From: Bacillota bacterium | GTDB taxonomy: Bacteria; Bacillota; Sulfobacillia; JACIYH01 | Length of the DNA stretch: 64,000 nucleotides | Assembly (NCBI GenBank): GCA_040757085.1 | Contig: JBFLXJ010000033.1 | Span: 28,751 to 92,750 of the forward strand | Direction of reading: 5' to 3' | In this document: positions 54,060 to 64,000 of the stretch, piece after piece | Layout of the letters: each line of letters begins with the position of its first letter | How positions within the stretch are numbered: position 1 is the first letter of the stretch | The notes under the pieces: model-generated | The model's database searches: none | What the model saw: only the letters and a program-made list of their open reading frames with translations | What the model was told of the DNA's origin: nothing | Translations under genes and position numbers: made by a program

Positions 54060-55900
54060 GAGAGGCCCAGTTCGGCCAGTTTGGCTTCGGTGGGGATGCC
54101 GGTCTCCGGGTGCCATCCCATCATGCCGTAATACAGCCGCTGCGCCCAGAGCAATTCGTCCTGCGGTACGCGCACTCCGTCCAGGGGGCCGCCGACGAAG
54201 GGCTCGTAGAAGCGGGGGTGGAGCACATCCTCATCCCGGCTCCAGCCGTGGCCCAGGTTGAAGAGACGGGCGAGGGTGGCCACCCGCTCGCCCACCTTCT
54301 CCAGTTCGAACAAGGAGGTGTTCCAGCCGGTCACGGCCCGCACCAGTTCCACCAACTGGTTGTACGTCCAGGGGACGAAGTAGCACACCACGGCGGAATC
54401 CTGAAAATGCCGCCAGTTGGTCACATAGGTGAAGAGGCGCACCTTGTCGGGCCCGAGGTCGTGCAGGGGAAGGGGCCCGGTCACCCCCAATACGCCGGCT
54501 TCCTTCACGGACGACGACTCTTCCCTGACCCAGGCAGTGTCGTGCAGGTTGTGGCAGTGGTCAGCTCCCGTAGGGGAAACCGCATACCCCAGGCCCAGGG
54601 CGTGCTTCAGGCGAGGTTCGTGCATCGGGACCTCCTGCCCCTTGACCTGTACGGCCCAGGATTCGGACCCCTGCCCGAGGAAGCGGGCCGCCCTCAGGGT
54701 CCCCTCCGCCAGCAGGTCGCCGACCCCGTTGCGGGTGGCAAGCTGCCGCACCAGATCGACCATCCCCTCTGCATCGCCGAACCCGGGCAGGCTCTGTCCC
54801 TGCCAGGCGTCAAGCACGCCCCGTTCGACGCACTCCATGGCAAACGCCACCGCCACCCCGGTGGAGATAGTATCGAGGCCCTGGGCCGCACATATCTCGT
54901 TGGCCTTGCACACGGCAGCCAGATCGTCAACCCCGCAGCAGGACCCCAGGGCGGCCACCGTCTCGTACTCGGGCCCTCCGTAACGTGGGTCGATGGAATA
55001 CGGGGAGGCAGCCTTCACCACCCGCTTACACCGGATGGGGCAGGCAAAACAACTTTCCCGGCCCACCAGCAGGGTGGCGGTCATGGTGCGGCCATCGATT
55101 TTCTCCGCGCCCGGGAAGGACCCTTCGCGAAAGTTGCGGGTAGGTAGCCCGCCCTGGGCAGAAAGGGCGGCCGTCCCCCCCGCCGTGCCGTGCTCGTGCA
55201 GTCCGCGGGCGCTTTCCCTCCAGGTCGTACCCATCTCCCGCACCAGCCGGCGGAAGACCCCCTCGTCGGCCACGGGCACGGGCGTGTCGCCGCGCACTGC
55301 CACGGCCCGCAGCCTCTTGGCCCCCATCACCGCCCCCAGGCCCGTGCGTCCGGCAAAATGGGTGAGGTCATTCACCACGCATGCGAATCTGACCAGCTTC
55401 TCCCCTGCCGGTCCGCACTGGCAAACCCGGATGCGGGGACCCAGTTCCTCCCGCAGGCGGGAATCCACCTCCGCCGTCTCAAGACCCCACAGGTGGCGGG
55501 CATCCCTTATCTCCGCCCCGCCCTCGTGAATCCACAGGTACACCGGGACGGGGGAGCGTCCCTGCACCACCAGGGCATCGAAGCCAGCCCGCTTCAGTTC
55601 CGCTCCCCAGAATCCGCCTGCCTCCGCACTCCCCAGACGCCCGGTAAGGGGACTGAGGGCAGCCACACCGTTTCGTCCGCACCCCGGAGCCGGCACCCCG
55701 GTGAGCACACCGGGGGCGAAAACCAGCCTGTTCTCAGGCCCCAGAGGGTCCGCTTTGGGCGGCACCTCTTGCCGGAGGAGATAGGTGGCCAGGCCCCGCC
55801 CTCCCATGAATTTGCGCAGCAGCTTCTCGTCCAGGGGTTCAGTATGTACCCGCCCCCGGGTCAGGTCCACCCGGAGCAGCCGTCCGCACCAGCCTCCCAT
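54056..55900 (-). CDS. aldehyde:ferredoxin oxidoreductase (tungsten-containing AOR family)
   Basis: The N-terminus MGGWCGRLLRVDLT is typical of the AOR family. The length is ~615 aa and Cys-rich cluster motifs are present. The ATG at 55900 follows GAGAGGAGG. Confidence 0.8.
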   Translation of the reverse strand: MGGWCGRLLRVDLTRGRVHTEPLDEKLLRKFMGGRGLATYLLRQEVPPKADPLGPENRLVFAPGVLTGVPAPGCGRNGVAALSPLTGRLGSAEAGGFWGAELKRAGFDALVVQGRSPVPVYLWIHEGGAEIRDARHLWGLETAEVDSRLREELGPRIRVCQCGPAGEKLVRFACVVNDLTHFAGRTGLGAVMGAKRLRAVAVRGDTPVPVADEGVFRRLVREMGTTWRESARGLHEHGTAGGTAALSAQGGLPTRNFREGSFPGAEKIDGRTMTATLLVGRESCFACPIRCKRVVKAASPYSIDPRYGGPEYETVAALGSCCGVDDLAAVCKANEICAAQGLDTISTGVAVAFAMECVERGVLDAWQGQSLPGFGDAEGMVDLVRQLATRNGVGDLLAEGTLRAARFLGQGSESWAVQVKGQEVPMHEPRLKHALGLGYAVSPTGADHCHNLHDTAWVREESSSVKEAGVLGVTGPLPLHDLGPDKVRLFTYVTNWRHFQDSAVVCYFVPWTYNQLVELVRAVTGWNTSLFELEKVGERVATLARLFNLGHGWSRDEDVLHPRFYEPFVGGPLDGVRVPQDELLWAQRLYYGMMGWHPETGIPTEAKLAELGLS

Positions 55901-55916
55901 CAGGAATGCCTCCTCT

Positions 55917-57287
55917 CTAACGGATGAATACGGGGATGCGCACGACCACTCCTGCCGCATTTTCGTGCCTAGGAGGCAGATGGCTCACCTGAACGATTCC
56001 CGCACTGGAGGTCAGTGGACGCGGGAAATGCAACCACTCGGCAAACCAGCCCCATCCGGTGCCGGCTTTCCCGGAAGATACCAGGGCAACCCGGGCTGCC
56101 AGTTCCCGGCCGCGGGAATCCAGCAAGGCTACGACAACCTGCCCGTCCGGCCACCGGGCCGCACCGGTCACCAGCACCTCGCCTTCCAGGCTCTCCTGGG
56201 AGACGGGACTGACCAGGTACAGGTCGGGACCACCCAGGCGCAACATACGTGCCAGCATAAGGGCCCAATCCCCCCGGGAGATCGCCTCCCGGCCGGCCCA
56301 AGAATGCAGGGCACGATCAAGGATGCCCTGGGAAACCAGCCACGCCTCTGCCTCCTCCTGGGAAGCCCCGGCCGCATCCCCGCCAGGTTCCGCACACCCC
56401 TGTGACCCGGTCATCCCGCCGGCCACCGGGCCGGCCACCCGGTAGAGCCAGCGGACCAGGGTGGCTCCGTCCAGGGGGGCATCCGGAGAGAATTCTTCCT
56501 CAGGGCCGGGCTGCGGCACGATCCCCTTCCTAACCGCCTCCCGCAGGTAGGGAAGCACCCAGTGCCCCCGGGGGACGTCAGAGAACCAATCCGACTCCGA
56601 CGGGGCTACCGCCATCCCGACGGGCAGACCGCGTCCAGGAAGGGCCTCGACCAGAGACTTAACCGCCTCTGCCCGGCTCACCGCCAGCGAGGACCGAAAA
56701 CTGCCGTCCGGATAACCGGTGAACACCCCCCGCAGGGCCAGGGCCAAAATGGCGCCGTCCCGCGGCTCACCCTCCAGGTCGGGAAAGCCTGCAAATATCA
56801 AATGGGGGTCGGGGTGTAGCCCGGAAGTATCCCTGTCGCGCGAGCCGGCGCGGGGCCAGGGCTGTCCCCCCACTCGCACCACAACCTTCGCTATCTGGGG
56901 GAACTGGGAAAGGCTGTGGACGATGGCCTGCGCCGCCAGGGTGACACGATTTCCCTGTGGCTCGGGCTTCCCCAGCTGCAGATCCACGGTGGCAGTGCCT
57001 CCCGCCACGCTGAGGCGCTCCACCCGGGTGCCCCGGGGCAAGACAGCATCCACCACGCCGTTGCCGGGCTGCGGCCCCCGGCAGAGAGCCTCCAGCACAT
57101 CCCGCTGCGAGCTGGCGCCCTCCACCAGGACCACTCTGACCGGCAACAGCCAGGCAGGTTGCTCCCGGGGGAAGGCGAAATAAAGCAAACGCCCGTAGCC
57201 CGCCTGGGCCTGTAGCCGCCACATCGGCCCTGCCAGGAGCATCAGGCACACCAGCAGCGCCACCAAACCATACCGCGCGCTCCGCAC
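55917..57287 (-). CDS. secreted protein with GerMN-like and SLH-like domains
   Basis: The N-terminus has a signal peptide. GerMN-like blocks read LYFA...VLEALCRGPQPG...ATVDL. An SLH-like motif reads FSDVPRGHWVLPYLREAVRKGIV. Moderate certainty. Confidence 0.5.
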   Translation of the reverse strand: MRSARYGLVALLVCLMLLAGPMWRLQAQAGYGRLLYFAFPREQPAWLLPVRVVLVEGASSQRDVLEALCRGPQPGNGVVDAVLPRGTRVERLSVAGGTATVDLQLGKPEPQGNRVTLAAQAIVHSLSQFPQIAKVVVRVGGQPWPRAGSRDRDTSGLHPDPHLIFAGFPDLEGEPRDGAILALALRGVFTGYPDGSFRSSLAVSRAEAVKSLVEALPGRGLPVGMAVAPSESDWFSDVPRGHWVLPYLREAVRKGIVPQPGPEEEFSPDAPLDGATLVRWLYRVAGPVAGGMTGSQGCAEPGGDAAGASQEEAEAWLVSQGILDRALHSWAGREAISRGDWALMLARMLRLGGPDLYLVSPVSQESLEGEVLVTGAARWPDGQVVVALLDSRGRELAARVALVSSGKAGTGWGWFAEWLHFPRPLTSSAGIVQVSHLPPRHENAAGVVVRIPVFIR

Positions 57288-57321
57288 CTCGGCGTCCCCA
57301 CCCCACGGCGTGTCTATCCGT

Positions 57322-60300
57322 TTAGACTCCGCGCTTCTCGGTGCAGTTCCCCCTTTTCGCCACCAGCAGGAATAGCTTTCCCAATATTTCGAGGAGCTGA
57401 GAGAATTCCTCCATCGTCAACTGCTCGCCCGTACGCAACGCCACTTGCCCGGGGCCGGATGTCGCGTGTGCCTCGCCTGGCACCGGGGTCAAACCTGCCG
57501 CTGTGGAAGAAGCAGACGGGTCCGGGCCAACCGGCGCTGCAGCTGGCGCCGCAACCGCCCCAGGCGCGGGGCCGGCAGCCACCCCCCCGGCGGCAGGCGC
57601 GGGGCCGGCGGCGATCCCCCCGGCGGCAGGCGCAGGGGCGGCGGCCATCTCCCCGGCAGGAGAGGGGGCAGTGGCAACGTCCACGGCGGGTACGCGGCGC
57701 AAGGACCCCGCGAGCAGGCTGTACGCGACCGGGATCACCAGCAGGGTGAGTGCGGTGGAGGTCGTCAGTCCGCCCACCACCGCCCGGGCCAGAGGAGCGT
57801 TCAGTTCACCACCCTCGCCCCAGGCCAGGGCGAGGGGAAGCAGCCCGAGCAGGGTGGTCAGGGCAGTCATGAGCACCGGGCGCAGCCGCACGTTCGCCCC
57901 CTGTACGATGGCATCCCGGGCTCCCAGTCCGCTGCGCCGGAGCTGGTTAATGTAGTCCACCATGACGATGCCGTTGTTGACCACGATGCCAGCGAGGACG
58001 ATGCCACCGATGTAGGCAGTGATGCCCAGCGAAGTCCCGGTGGCGTACAGGATGACCACCACCCCCACGAAGGCGAGGGGAATGGTAAACATGATGATCA
58101 GGGGATGAAGCACCGATTCGAACTGGGCGGCCATGACCATGTAAACCAGGGCTACAGAGAGGGCCAGGGCCAGATTCAGCCCGCTGAACCCCTCCTCCAT
58201 CATGGCGGAAGCACCGCCGATTTCCACCGTGACCCCTGGGGGGAGGTCGAGCCGGCCCAGGACCTTCCGCACATCGGCGGTCACGCTGCCCAGGTCGCGT
58301 CCCTCCACCAGGGCGGTGATGAGGGCAGAAGGCCGCTGTCCATCCCGCGTCACGCTCACCGGCCCCCGTGCTTCCGACAGACTGGCCACGTCCGCAAGCC
58401 TTACCGCCTGGCCGGTAGGCGCCAGAATGCGCAGGGATTCCACATCCTCGGGGGTGGGGAAGCGTCCGAAATCCTGGCGGAGCCGCACGGGCAGGGACTC
58501 AGCACCCAGTTCCACCCTGGTGACCACCTGTCCCTTGATGGCGTTGCTCACAGCGGCAGCCACCTGGGCGGGGGTAAATCCGCGGGACAAGGCCTTTTCC
58601 CGGTTCACGGAAACGTCCAGTTCGGGCTTTGCCTCCTGGAGGTTGCACTCAGGGTTACGGAATCCTTCCACGTCTCGGAGGGCAGCCATCACCCGGTCCG
58701 CCGCAGCCGGGAGCTGGTCAGGATCCAGGCTCTTCACGTAGACCTGTATGGAGTTCCAGGCCATGCCGCTGGCGTTACTGGCGAAGGACTGCATGTTGAA
58801 GGTGACGTTGGCGGCGCCCTTGACCTGCTCCACGCGTTCTCTCACCCGATCCATGACCTCGGCGGTGGTGGCTTCCCGCTCCTCTTCCGGTACCAGGTTC
58901 ACCAGGATCTGCGCCACCGAAGTCCCACCCGTGACACCTCGGGCCACCACCCCGAATCCCTCGCCGGTACCAACCGTGGTGGTATACAGCTCCACTTCCG
59001 GGAACCCGTCCAGGATGCGCTCGATTTCCCTTGCCTTGGCGCTGGTGGCTTCCAGGCCCGTTCCCGCCGGCATGGCGATGTCGATACTGAAGGCCCCCTC
59101 GTCCGTGACGGGCAGGAATTCCGTGCCGATGCGGGGAGCCAGGTGGGCAGCACCGCCCAGGCAAAGAAGCACGACAAGCACCACCACGGCCCGGTGTCCG
59201 AGGCACCAGCGCAGGGTGCGAGCATATGCGCCTTCCCTGCGGGTGGCACCGCGCCGGCCCCGCCGGGGACGGAAGAGGTAGGCAGCCATGGCCGGCACCA
59301 GCGTCACCGCCACCACCAGGCTGGCGGCAAGGGCGAAGCTCACCGTGAGCGCCAGCTCCCGGAACAGGTGGCCCGTGATCCCTCCCACGAACACGACGGG
59401 CAGGAAGACAGCCAGGGTGGTGAGGGTGGAGGCGGTGATGGCCATGGCCACCTCGGACGTCCCCGTAATGGCGGCGTGCCGCGGGTCCTCGCCCTGCTCC
59501 AGGTGGCGGAAAACGCTCTCGATGACCACGATGGCGTTATCGACCAGCATCCCCACCCCCAGGGCCAGGCCCCCCAGGGTCATGATGTTGAGGGTGAGGC
59601 CGGAAAAGTGCAACAGCACGAAAGTGGCCACCACGGAAAAGGGTATAGCCACCGCAATCGCAAAGGTGCTGGCCAGGTGCCGAAGGAACAGGAACAGGAC
59701 CACCACCGCCAGGACGCCCCCGATGAGCAGGTTGTCGCGCAGAGTGCTGAGAAACATCTCGATGATACGGGCCTGGTCCATGGCCACGAATATCCGCGCC
59801 TGGGGGTAGTCCTCCCTGATCGCGTCCAGTTCGTTCCGCAACCGGCGGGCTACCTGGACGGTGTTGGCATCTCCCTCCTTCTGGATGGAAAGCTCCACGC
59901 TGGGATTCCCGCCCGTCCGGGACACGGAGCTGGACGGGGCAAACCCCCGTTCCACCGTGGCCACGTCACGCAGCCTGACAGGCAGTAGCGGGGGCCGGGG
60001 GGCAGCGCTGCGGGGAGCAGGGGTGGCCGGGTAGTATCCCACCACCAGATCACGAAGGTCGTCCAGGCTCTCCAGGCGCCCGGACAGCCTCACCCCCAGC
60101 TCCCGCCCGTCCTGGCGCACCGATCCCAAGGGCCAATCCAGGTTAGAAGCCCTGATCACATTTGCCACCTGATCCTGGGTGAGTCCATAGCGATCCAGGG
60201 CCGCCGGGTCAAGCTCCACCTGGATTTCCGGCTCGCTGCTTCCGAATATGTCCACGGCTGCCACGCCCTCGATGCTCTCCAGGCGCGGCTTGAGCACCTG

Positions 60301-60765
60301 GCGGGCAAAAGTGGTGGCCTCCCCCAGGTCGCCTTCCGTCGCTACTGTCAACGACATCACCGGCAAGAGGGTAGGGTCGAACTTGACCAGAACCGGCCGC
60401 CGGGCACCTTCGGGCAGGTTCACCTGATCCACCCGCTCCGCCACGCTGGCCCGCGCTTCGGCCATGTCCGTACCCCAGGCGAACTCCAGGATGACCACCG
60501 ACACGCCTTCCTGCGAAATCGACCGGCAATGCGTAACCCCCGGGGTAGTGGCCGCTGCCGCCTCGATGGGCTCCGTGACCAGGGAAGCCACCTCGCGGGC
60601 AGAGGCCCCCGGGTAGGAGGTGATGGCCGCCACCACGGGCGCGTTCAACCGGGGCAGAAGTTCCAGCCTCAGGTTCGTAAGGGCGACAACCCCAAGCAAG
60701 ACCACCGCCAGCACCAGCATGGTGGTGGCCACGGGTCGCCGCACCGTATGCTCCCAAATCTTCAT
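57322..60765 (-). CDS. RND-family efflux transporter permease (AcrB-like) with an Ala/Pro/Gly-rich repetitive C-terminal tail
   Basis: The N-terminus reads IRRPVATTMLVLAVVLLG. There are 12 TM helices and two large loops. I see no adjacent periplasmic adaptor or outer-membrane factor. Confidence 0.85.
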   Translation of the reverse strand: MKIWEHTVRRPVATTMLVLAVVLLGVVALTNLRLELLPRLNAPVVAAITSYPGASAREVASLVTEPIEAAAATTPGVTHCRSISQEGVSVVILEFAWGTDMAEARASVAERVDQVNLPEGARRPVLVKFDPTLLPVMSLTVATEGDLGEATTFARQVLKPRLESIEGVAAVDIFGSSEPEIQVELDPAALDRYGLTQDQVANVIRASNLDWPLGSVRQDGRELGVRLSGRLESLDDLRDLVVGYYPATPAPRSAAPRPPLLPVRLRDVATVERGFAPSSSVSRTGGNPSVELSIQKEGDANTVQVARRLRNELDAIREDYPQARIFVAMDQARIIEMFLSTLRDNLLIGGVLAVVVLFLFLRHLASTFAIAVAIPFSVVATFVLLHFSGLTLNIMTLGGLALGVGMLVDNAIVVIESVFRHLEQGEDPRHAAITGTSEVAMAITASTLTTLAVFLPVVFVGGITGHLFRELALTVSFALAASLVVAVTLVPAMAAYLFRPRRGRRGATRREGAYARTLRWCLGHRAVVVLVVLLCLGGAAHLAPRIGTEFLPVTDEGAFSIDIAMPAGTGLEATSAKAREIERILDGFPEVELYTTTVGTGEGFGVVARGVTGGTSVAQILVNLVPEEEREATTAEVMDRVRERVEQVKGAANVTFNMQSFASNASGMAWNSIQVYVKSLDPDQLPAAADRVMAALRDVEGFRNPECNLQEAKPELDVSVNREKALSRGFTPAQVAAAVSNAIKGQVVTRVELGAESLPVRLRQDFGRFPTPEDVESLRILAPTGQAVRLADVASLSEARGPVSVTRDGQRPSALITALVEGRDLGSVTADVRKVLGRLDLPPGVTVEIGGASAMMEEGFSGLNLALALSVALVYMVMAAQFESVLHPLIIMFTIPLAFVGVVVILYATGTSLGITAYIGGIVLAGIVVNNGIVMVDYINQLRRSGLGARDAIVQGANVRLRPVLMTALTTLLGLLPLALAWGEGGELNAPLARAVVGGLTTSTALTLLVIPVAYSLLAGSLRRVPAVDVATAPSPAGEMAAAPAPAAGGIAAGPAPAAGGVAAGPAPGAVAAPAAAPVGPDPSASSTAAGLTPVPGEAHATSGPGQVALRTGEQLTMEEFSQLLEILGKLFLLVAKRGNCTEKRGV
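57561..57660 (-). repeat. three tandem ~33-nt direct repeats inside the RND gene 3' region
   Basis: The unit CAGGCGCGGGGCCGGC(A/G)GC(C/G)A(C/T)CCCCCCGGCGG occurs three times in tandem. On the minus strand it encodes AAGPAPAAGG-type repeats. Confidence 0.6.
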
Positions 60766-60876
60766 ACCCTCGCCCCCCGTCTGCGGCAATTATACCGCCG
60801 ACGCAAATCCACCGTCATCACCCGCGTGCAGTCCTCCGGGTGGGGCACGCGTGCGCAACTCCGAAAATCCCCCACC

Positions 60877-60905
60877 TTGACACCGGCTTCCAGGGGATAT
60901 ATGAT
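60877..60905 (+). promoter_or_regulatory. putative sigma-A promoter (TTGACA-17-TATGAT) for degV
   Basis: TTGACA is at 60877-60882 and TATGAT at 60900-60905. Confidence 0.45.
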
Positions 60906-60962
60906 GGCCCCAGACAAAATTGGGTCTTTTGGGGATGCCCGGAGGGCTAAGGGGGGAGATCG

Positions 60963-61814
60963 GTGGGGAAAGTTAAGGTGGTAACCGACAGTTGCTCTTG
61001 TTTCCCGGACGAACTGGCGGCCGCCCACGGGGTGACAGTCATCCCTCTCACTGTGCACTTCGGAGACGAAGCCTTCCGCGATGGCGTCGACATGACGGCG
61101 GAGGAGTTCTATCGCCGCCTGCCGGCGGCACGGGAACTACCCAAGACATCCCAGCCGTCGGTGGCAGAATTCCTCGAGGCATTCAGGCGCCTGGCCGAAC
61201 AGGAGGACACCGCAGGCATCCTGGTGGTCACCCTGAGTCACAAGCTGAGCGGTACATACCAGTCGGCGCTGCAGGCAGCACGGGAGTTCACTCGGGTCCC
61301 GGTGGAGGTAGTGGATTCCCTGACCGCCTCGGTGCCACAGGTGTTCGCCGCCTCGGCGGCGGCCCGGGCTGCAAACGAGGGGGCCAGCCTTCCGGAGGCG
61401 GCCCGAGTGGCCCGCGAGGTGGCGGGCAAATCGCGCCTCTACGCCACCCTGGACACCCTGGAGTACCTGCGCCGGGGCGGGCGCATCGGACGGGCAGCGG
61501 CTTGGGCGGGGGCCATGCTCCAGATCAAACCCGTGATCACCCTGGACGGGGGAGAGGTAGCACCGGTAGCCCGTCTGCGTACCCGGGCTAAAGCACTGGA
61601 GTTCATCCTGGGACGCCTGCAGGAGGAAATCAGGCCGGGCAGACCACTACACGCCGGCGTCATCCACGCCAACTCGCCCGACGAGGCAGGTAGCCTGGCA
61701 GAGGAGGTGAAAAACCGCTTCCAGCCTGACGAGCTGATCATCTCGGGGCTCACCCCCGTCATGGGCACCTATGCGGGCCCGGGGGTCCTGGGAGTGGCTT
61801 ATTACCAGGAGTAA
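60963..61814 (+). CDS. DegV-family (fatty-acid-binding) protein
   Basis: The N-terminus VKVVTDSCSCFP and the typical length of ~280 aa identify the family. GTG start. Confidence 0.8.
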   Translation: MGKVKVVTDSCSCFPDELAAAHGVTVIPLTVHFGDEAFRDGVDMTAEEFYRRLPAARELPKTSQPSVAEFLEAFRRLAEQEDTAGILVVTLSHKLSGTYQSALQAAREFTRVPVEVVDSLTASVPQVFAASAAARAANEGASLPEAARVAREVAGKSRLYATLDTLEYLRRGGRIGRAAAWAGAMLQIKPVITLDGGEVAPVARLRTRAKALEFILGRLQEEIRPGRPLHAGVIHANSPDEAGSLAEEVKNRFQPDELIISGLTPVMGTYAGPGVLGVAYYQE

Positions 61815-61831
61815 CGAGGAGGCGAACGGTC

Positions 61832-63301
61832 ATGAGTACACCGGCCCGGGCGAATTTGTCCACTCGCGCCAAGCGGTACGCAGCCCGCCGGGCCATGGAG
61901 TGGCTGGTTGGGTATTTGCGGCGAGACCCTGACCGGGCGGTCGACACCATCCTGTCGTGGGGCACCCGGCTGGCGATAATGGAAGCCCATCGCCGGCAGA
62001 TAGCGGAAATAGCGGAGACCCTGCGGCGGAACCCGGCCATGATGCAGTTCGTACGCCGGTTGGCCCTGGAGGTCCATCCCAACCAGCACCGGGGGATCGT
62101 CTTCAACTGGTTCGTAAACAACATCCTCTTAGGTGTGCCCACCCAGTACGCCCTGGCGGGCAGATTGGGGCACGGCATCCCCAACTTCATCCTGGTGGAC
62201 CCCACCGAGGCGTGCAACCTGCGCTGCACGGGTTGCTGGGCAGGGGAGTATGCCCAGCACCACACCATGGACTTCGAGCTCCTCGACCGCATCGTGACCG
62301 AGGCCAAGGAATTGGGAATCTACTGGATCGTGATGTCCGGGGGCGAACCCCTCGTTTACAAGCGTCTTTTTGATCTCTTCGCCAAGCACCAGGACGTGGC
62401 TTTCATGGCGTTCACCAACGGCACCCTCATCGACGACCGGGTGGCAGACCGCATCCTGGAAGTGGCCAATTTCGTCCCCTGCTTCAGCCTGGAAGGTTTC
62501 CGCCAGAGCACGGACGCCCGGCGCGGAGCCGGGGTGTTCGACAAGATCTCCGCGGCCATGGACCGGCTGAAGGAGAGGAAACTGATATTCGGGACCTCGG
62601 TGACCATTACCCGGCATAACGTGGAGGAGATTACCTCCGACGCCTTCATCGACTGGCTCATAAACAAGGGTGCCTTCTTCGGCTGGAGCTTCCACTACGT
62701 CCCCATTGGACGGGACCCCGACGTCAACCTGATGGTCAGCCCCGAACAGCGGGAATACTTGGTGTGGAGGGTGCGGGAGATCCGCACCACTAAACCGTAC
62801 CTGATGGCCGATTTCTGGAACGACGGCTACCTCACCCTGGGATGCATTGCGGGCGGGCGGCGCTATTTCCACATCACCGCTTCCGGAGACGTGGAACCCT
62901 GTGCCTTCGCCCACTTCTCCGTGGACAACATCAAGAACAAGAGCTTGCGTGAGGTACTGGCCAACCCCCTCTTCCGCGCCTACCAGAAGCGGCAGCCCTT
63001 CAACTCCAACTACCTGCTGCCCTGTCCCATCATCGACAACCCCCGGGCCCTGCGGGAGATCGTGGCCGAGTCGGGGGCCCATCCCACCCACCCGGGCGCG
63101 GAAACCGTACTGCAGGACCCCATCGCCTCCCACCTGGACGACCTCTCCCGCCGCTGGGGCGAGAGGGCAGCCCTGATCCAGCAACGCTTGCAGGAGTTTG
63201 CCCGCACCCGACCCGCACCCCCCGCACCGGACGCCTGCCCCGCCTGCACCGGGGAACATGAGGAGCAGCGGATAGCCGTCGCCCACGGAGGGGAAACGTG
63301 A
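61832..63301 (+). CDS. radical SAM protein with a C-terminal SPASM-like Cys-rich domain
   Basis: CNLRCTGC is the CxxxCxxC cluster. Later Cys-rich segments read CIAGG...CAFAHF...CPIID. A ~110-aa N-terminal extension of unknown function precedes them. Confidence 0.7.
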   Translation: MSTPARANLSTRAKRYAARRAMEWLVGYLRRDPDRAVDTILSWGTRLAIMEAHRRQIAEIAETLRRNPAMMQFVRRLALEVHPNQHRGIVFNWFVNNILLGVPTQYALAGRLGHGIPNFILVDPTEACNLRCTGCWAGEYAQHHTMDFELLDRIVTEAKELGIYWIVMSGGEPLVYKRLFDLFAKHQDVAFMAFTNGTLIDDRVADRILEVANFVPCFSLEGFRQSTDARRGAGVFDKISAAMDRLKERKLIFGTSVTITRHNVEEITSDAFIDWLINKGAFFGWSFHYVPIGRDPDVNLMVSPEQREYLVWRVREIRTTKPYLMADFWNDGYLTLGCIAGGRRYFHITASGDVEPCAFAHFSVDNIKNKSLREVLANPLFRAYQKRQPFNSNYLLPCPIIDNPRALREIVAESGAHPTHPGAETVLQDPIASHLDDLSRRWGERAALIQQRLQEFARTRPAPPAPDACPACTGEHEEQRIAVAHGGET

Positions 63302-63699
63302 TGGCAGAGGAAAAGCCAGGTGGAGCCGGAGCAACCGAGGGCCCGGCCACCGGCAGGACCGACACACCGGCCGCCGAGGGCACAGGTGCCAGCAGGACCG
63401 GGGTGGCGGACAGGATCACGGAAGCCGCCCTGAAGGCGGCCGACCTGGCCCTGGGCGCCGCCGACTACGCCCTGGATGCCGCCCGCCGGCTCAGCACCCA
63501 GCTGGCAGGCCAGGGGACCCGGCGCCGCCAGGAGATCGGGCGCCGCCTGAACCTCCTGGCCGAGCGCGGCCGGCGCCTGCGCCTGGCCACCCGGTCCAAC
63601 CTGGATCGACTGGGAACCCTCCTGGTCACACGGGCCGACATCGAGCGCCTGGAGGCCAGGATCAGCGCCCTGGAAAAGGCAGCCCGGGGGGAAAGCTGA
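63301..63699 (+). CDS. hypothetical coiled-coil protein
   Basis: Its ATG overlaps the upstream stop. The product is Ala/Arg/Leu-rich with heptad-like periodicity. Confidence 0.35.
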   Translation: MAEEKPGGAGATEGPATGRTDTPAAEGTGASRTGVADRITEAALKAADLALGAADYALDAARRLSTQLAGQGTRRRQEIGRRLNLLAERGRRLRLATRSNLDRLGTLLVTRADIERLEARISALEKAARGES

Positions 63700-63704
63700 T
63701 CCGG

Positions 63705-64000
63705 GTGGCCTCCCGGCGGGCACAACTGGCCAGGCTACGCGAGATCTCCCGGGTCATGCTGCGTCATGGCCTGGGATTTCTCCTTGTTCAGGCTGGGCTG
63801 GCCAACCTGGTCCCCCGCGCCCATCGTCGCCCGGCCACACGCGGATATCGCCTGCGGGCCGCCCTGGAAGAACTTGGCCCCACCTTCATTAAGCTCGGTC
63901 AGGCCCTGAGCACCCGGCGTGACCTGCTGCCCGCGGACATCATCCAGGACCTGGAGGGCCTGCAGGACCGGGCTCCGCCCATGCCCTTCTCACGGGCCAG
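63705..64000 (+). CDS. ABC1/UbiB-family protein kinase-like protein; the gene runs off the window end, so its 3' end is missing
   Basis: [23 protein letters not shown] is the characteristic ABC1 N-terminal motif. GTG start at 63705. Confidence 0.6.
   Translation, partial: MASRRAQLARLREISRVMLRHGLGFLLVQAGLANLVPRAHRRPATRGYRLRAALEELGPTFIKLGQALSTRRDLLPADIIQDLEGLQDRAPPMPFSRA

Noticed and set aside
57445-59988. 847-aa plus-strand ORF
   Set aside because: It is antisense to the RND permease, with junk composition (Gly/Arg/His/Pro-rich).
1-64000. CRISPR arrays, rRNA, transposases and IS elements
   Set aside because: I scanned for regularly spaced repeats and transposase motifs and found none. The only tandem repeats are short, with 2-3 units, and lie in coding or promoter regions.

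Overview
This is a high-GC (~68%) bacterial chromosomal window. Gene content looks like a thermophilic, high-GC Firmicutes-type lineage. Evidence for that: a pfkA-pyk pair next to dnaE, proteins with GerMN, SLH, DegV, AbrB and SfsA domains, a tungsten-type aldehyde:ferredoxin oxidoreductase, and a class II ribonucleotide reductase. Most genes lie on the minus strand. I called features by eye, using conserved motifs in the ORF track and by translating the sequence myself in places. I ran no database search, so product names are motif-level inferences. Start codons are often GTG, TTG or CTG and may be off by a few codons.

Content in window order:
- A truncated ABC ATPase at the window edge.
- HAD hydrolase, SAM methyltransferase, patatin-like lipase.
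- tRNA-Leu(CAG).
- A three-gene ABC-2 exporter operon preceded by an 11-codon leader ORF and a terminator-like hairpin.
- coaE, an OppA-like binding protein, mutM, polA.
- An ECF sigma / DUF4349 anti-sigma / L,D-transpeptidase cluster.
- Two tandem amidohydrolases and an M14 carboxypeptidase.
- tRNA-Leu(CAA).
- pyk, pfkA, dnaE, nth, murD, a TPR protein, an MBL hydrolase, argS.
- An operon of an AbrB-like regulator plus a heterodimeric ABC exporter, with a palindromic operator.
- A second ECF sigma / anti-sigma pair.
- A B12-radical-SAM gene downstream of nrdR-nrdJ; nrdJ carries a full-length homing-endonuclease intein at its catalytic cysteine.
- A small lower-GC islet with a wHTH/DUF559-like protein and twin palindromes.
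- sfsA, a flavin reductase, a BadF-type ATPase fused to a GH4 glycosidase, an aldehyde ferredoxin oxidoreductase, a GerMN/SLH protein.
- An orphan RND permease with a repetitive Ala/Pro/Gly tail.
- degV, a SPASM-type radical SAM gene, and a truncated UbiB-like kinase.

I found no rRNA, CRISPR array or transposase. Many long ORFs in the track are antisense artefacts of high GC and are listed under rejected items.
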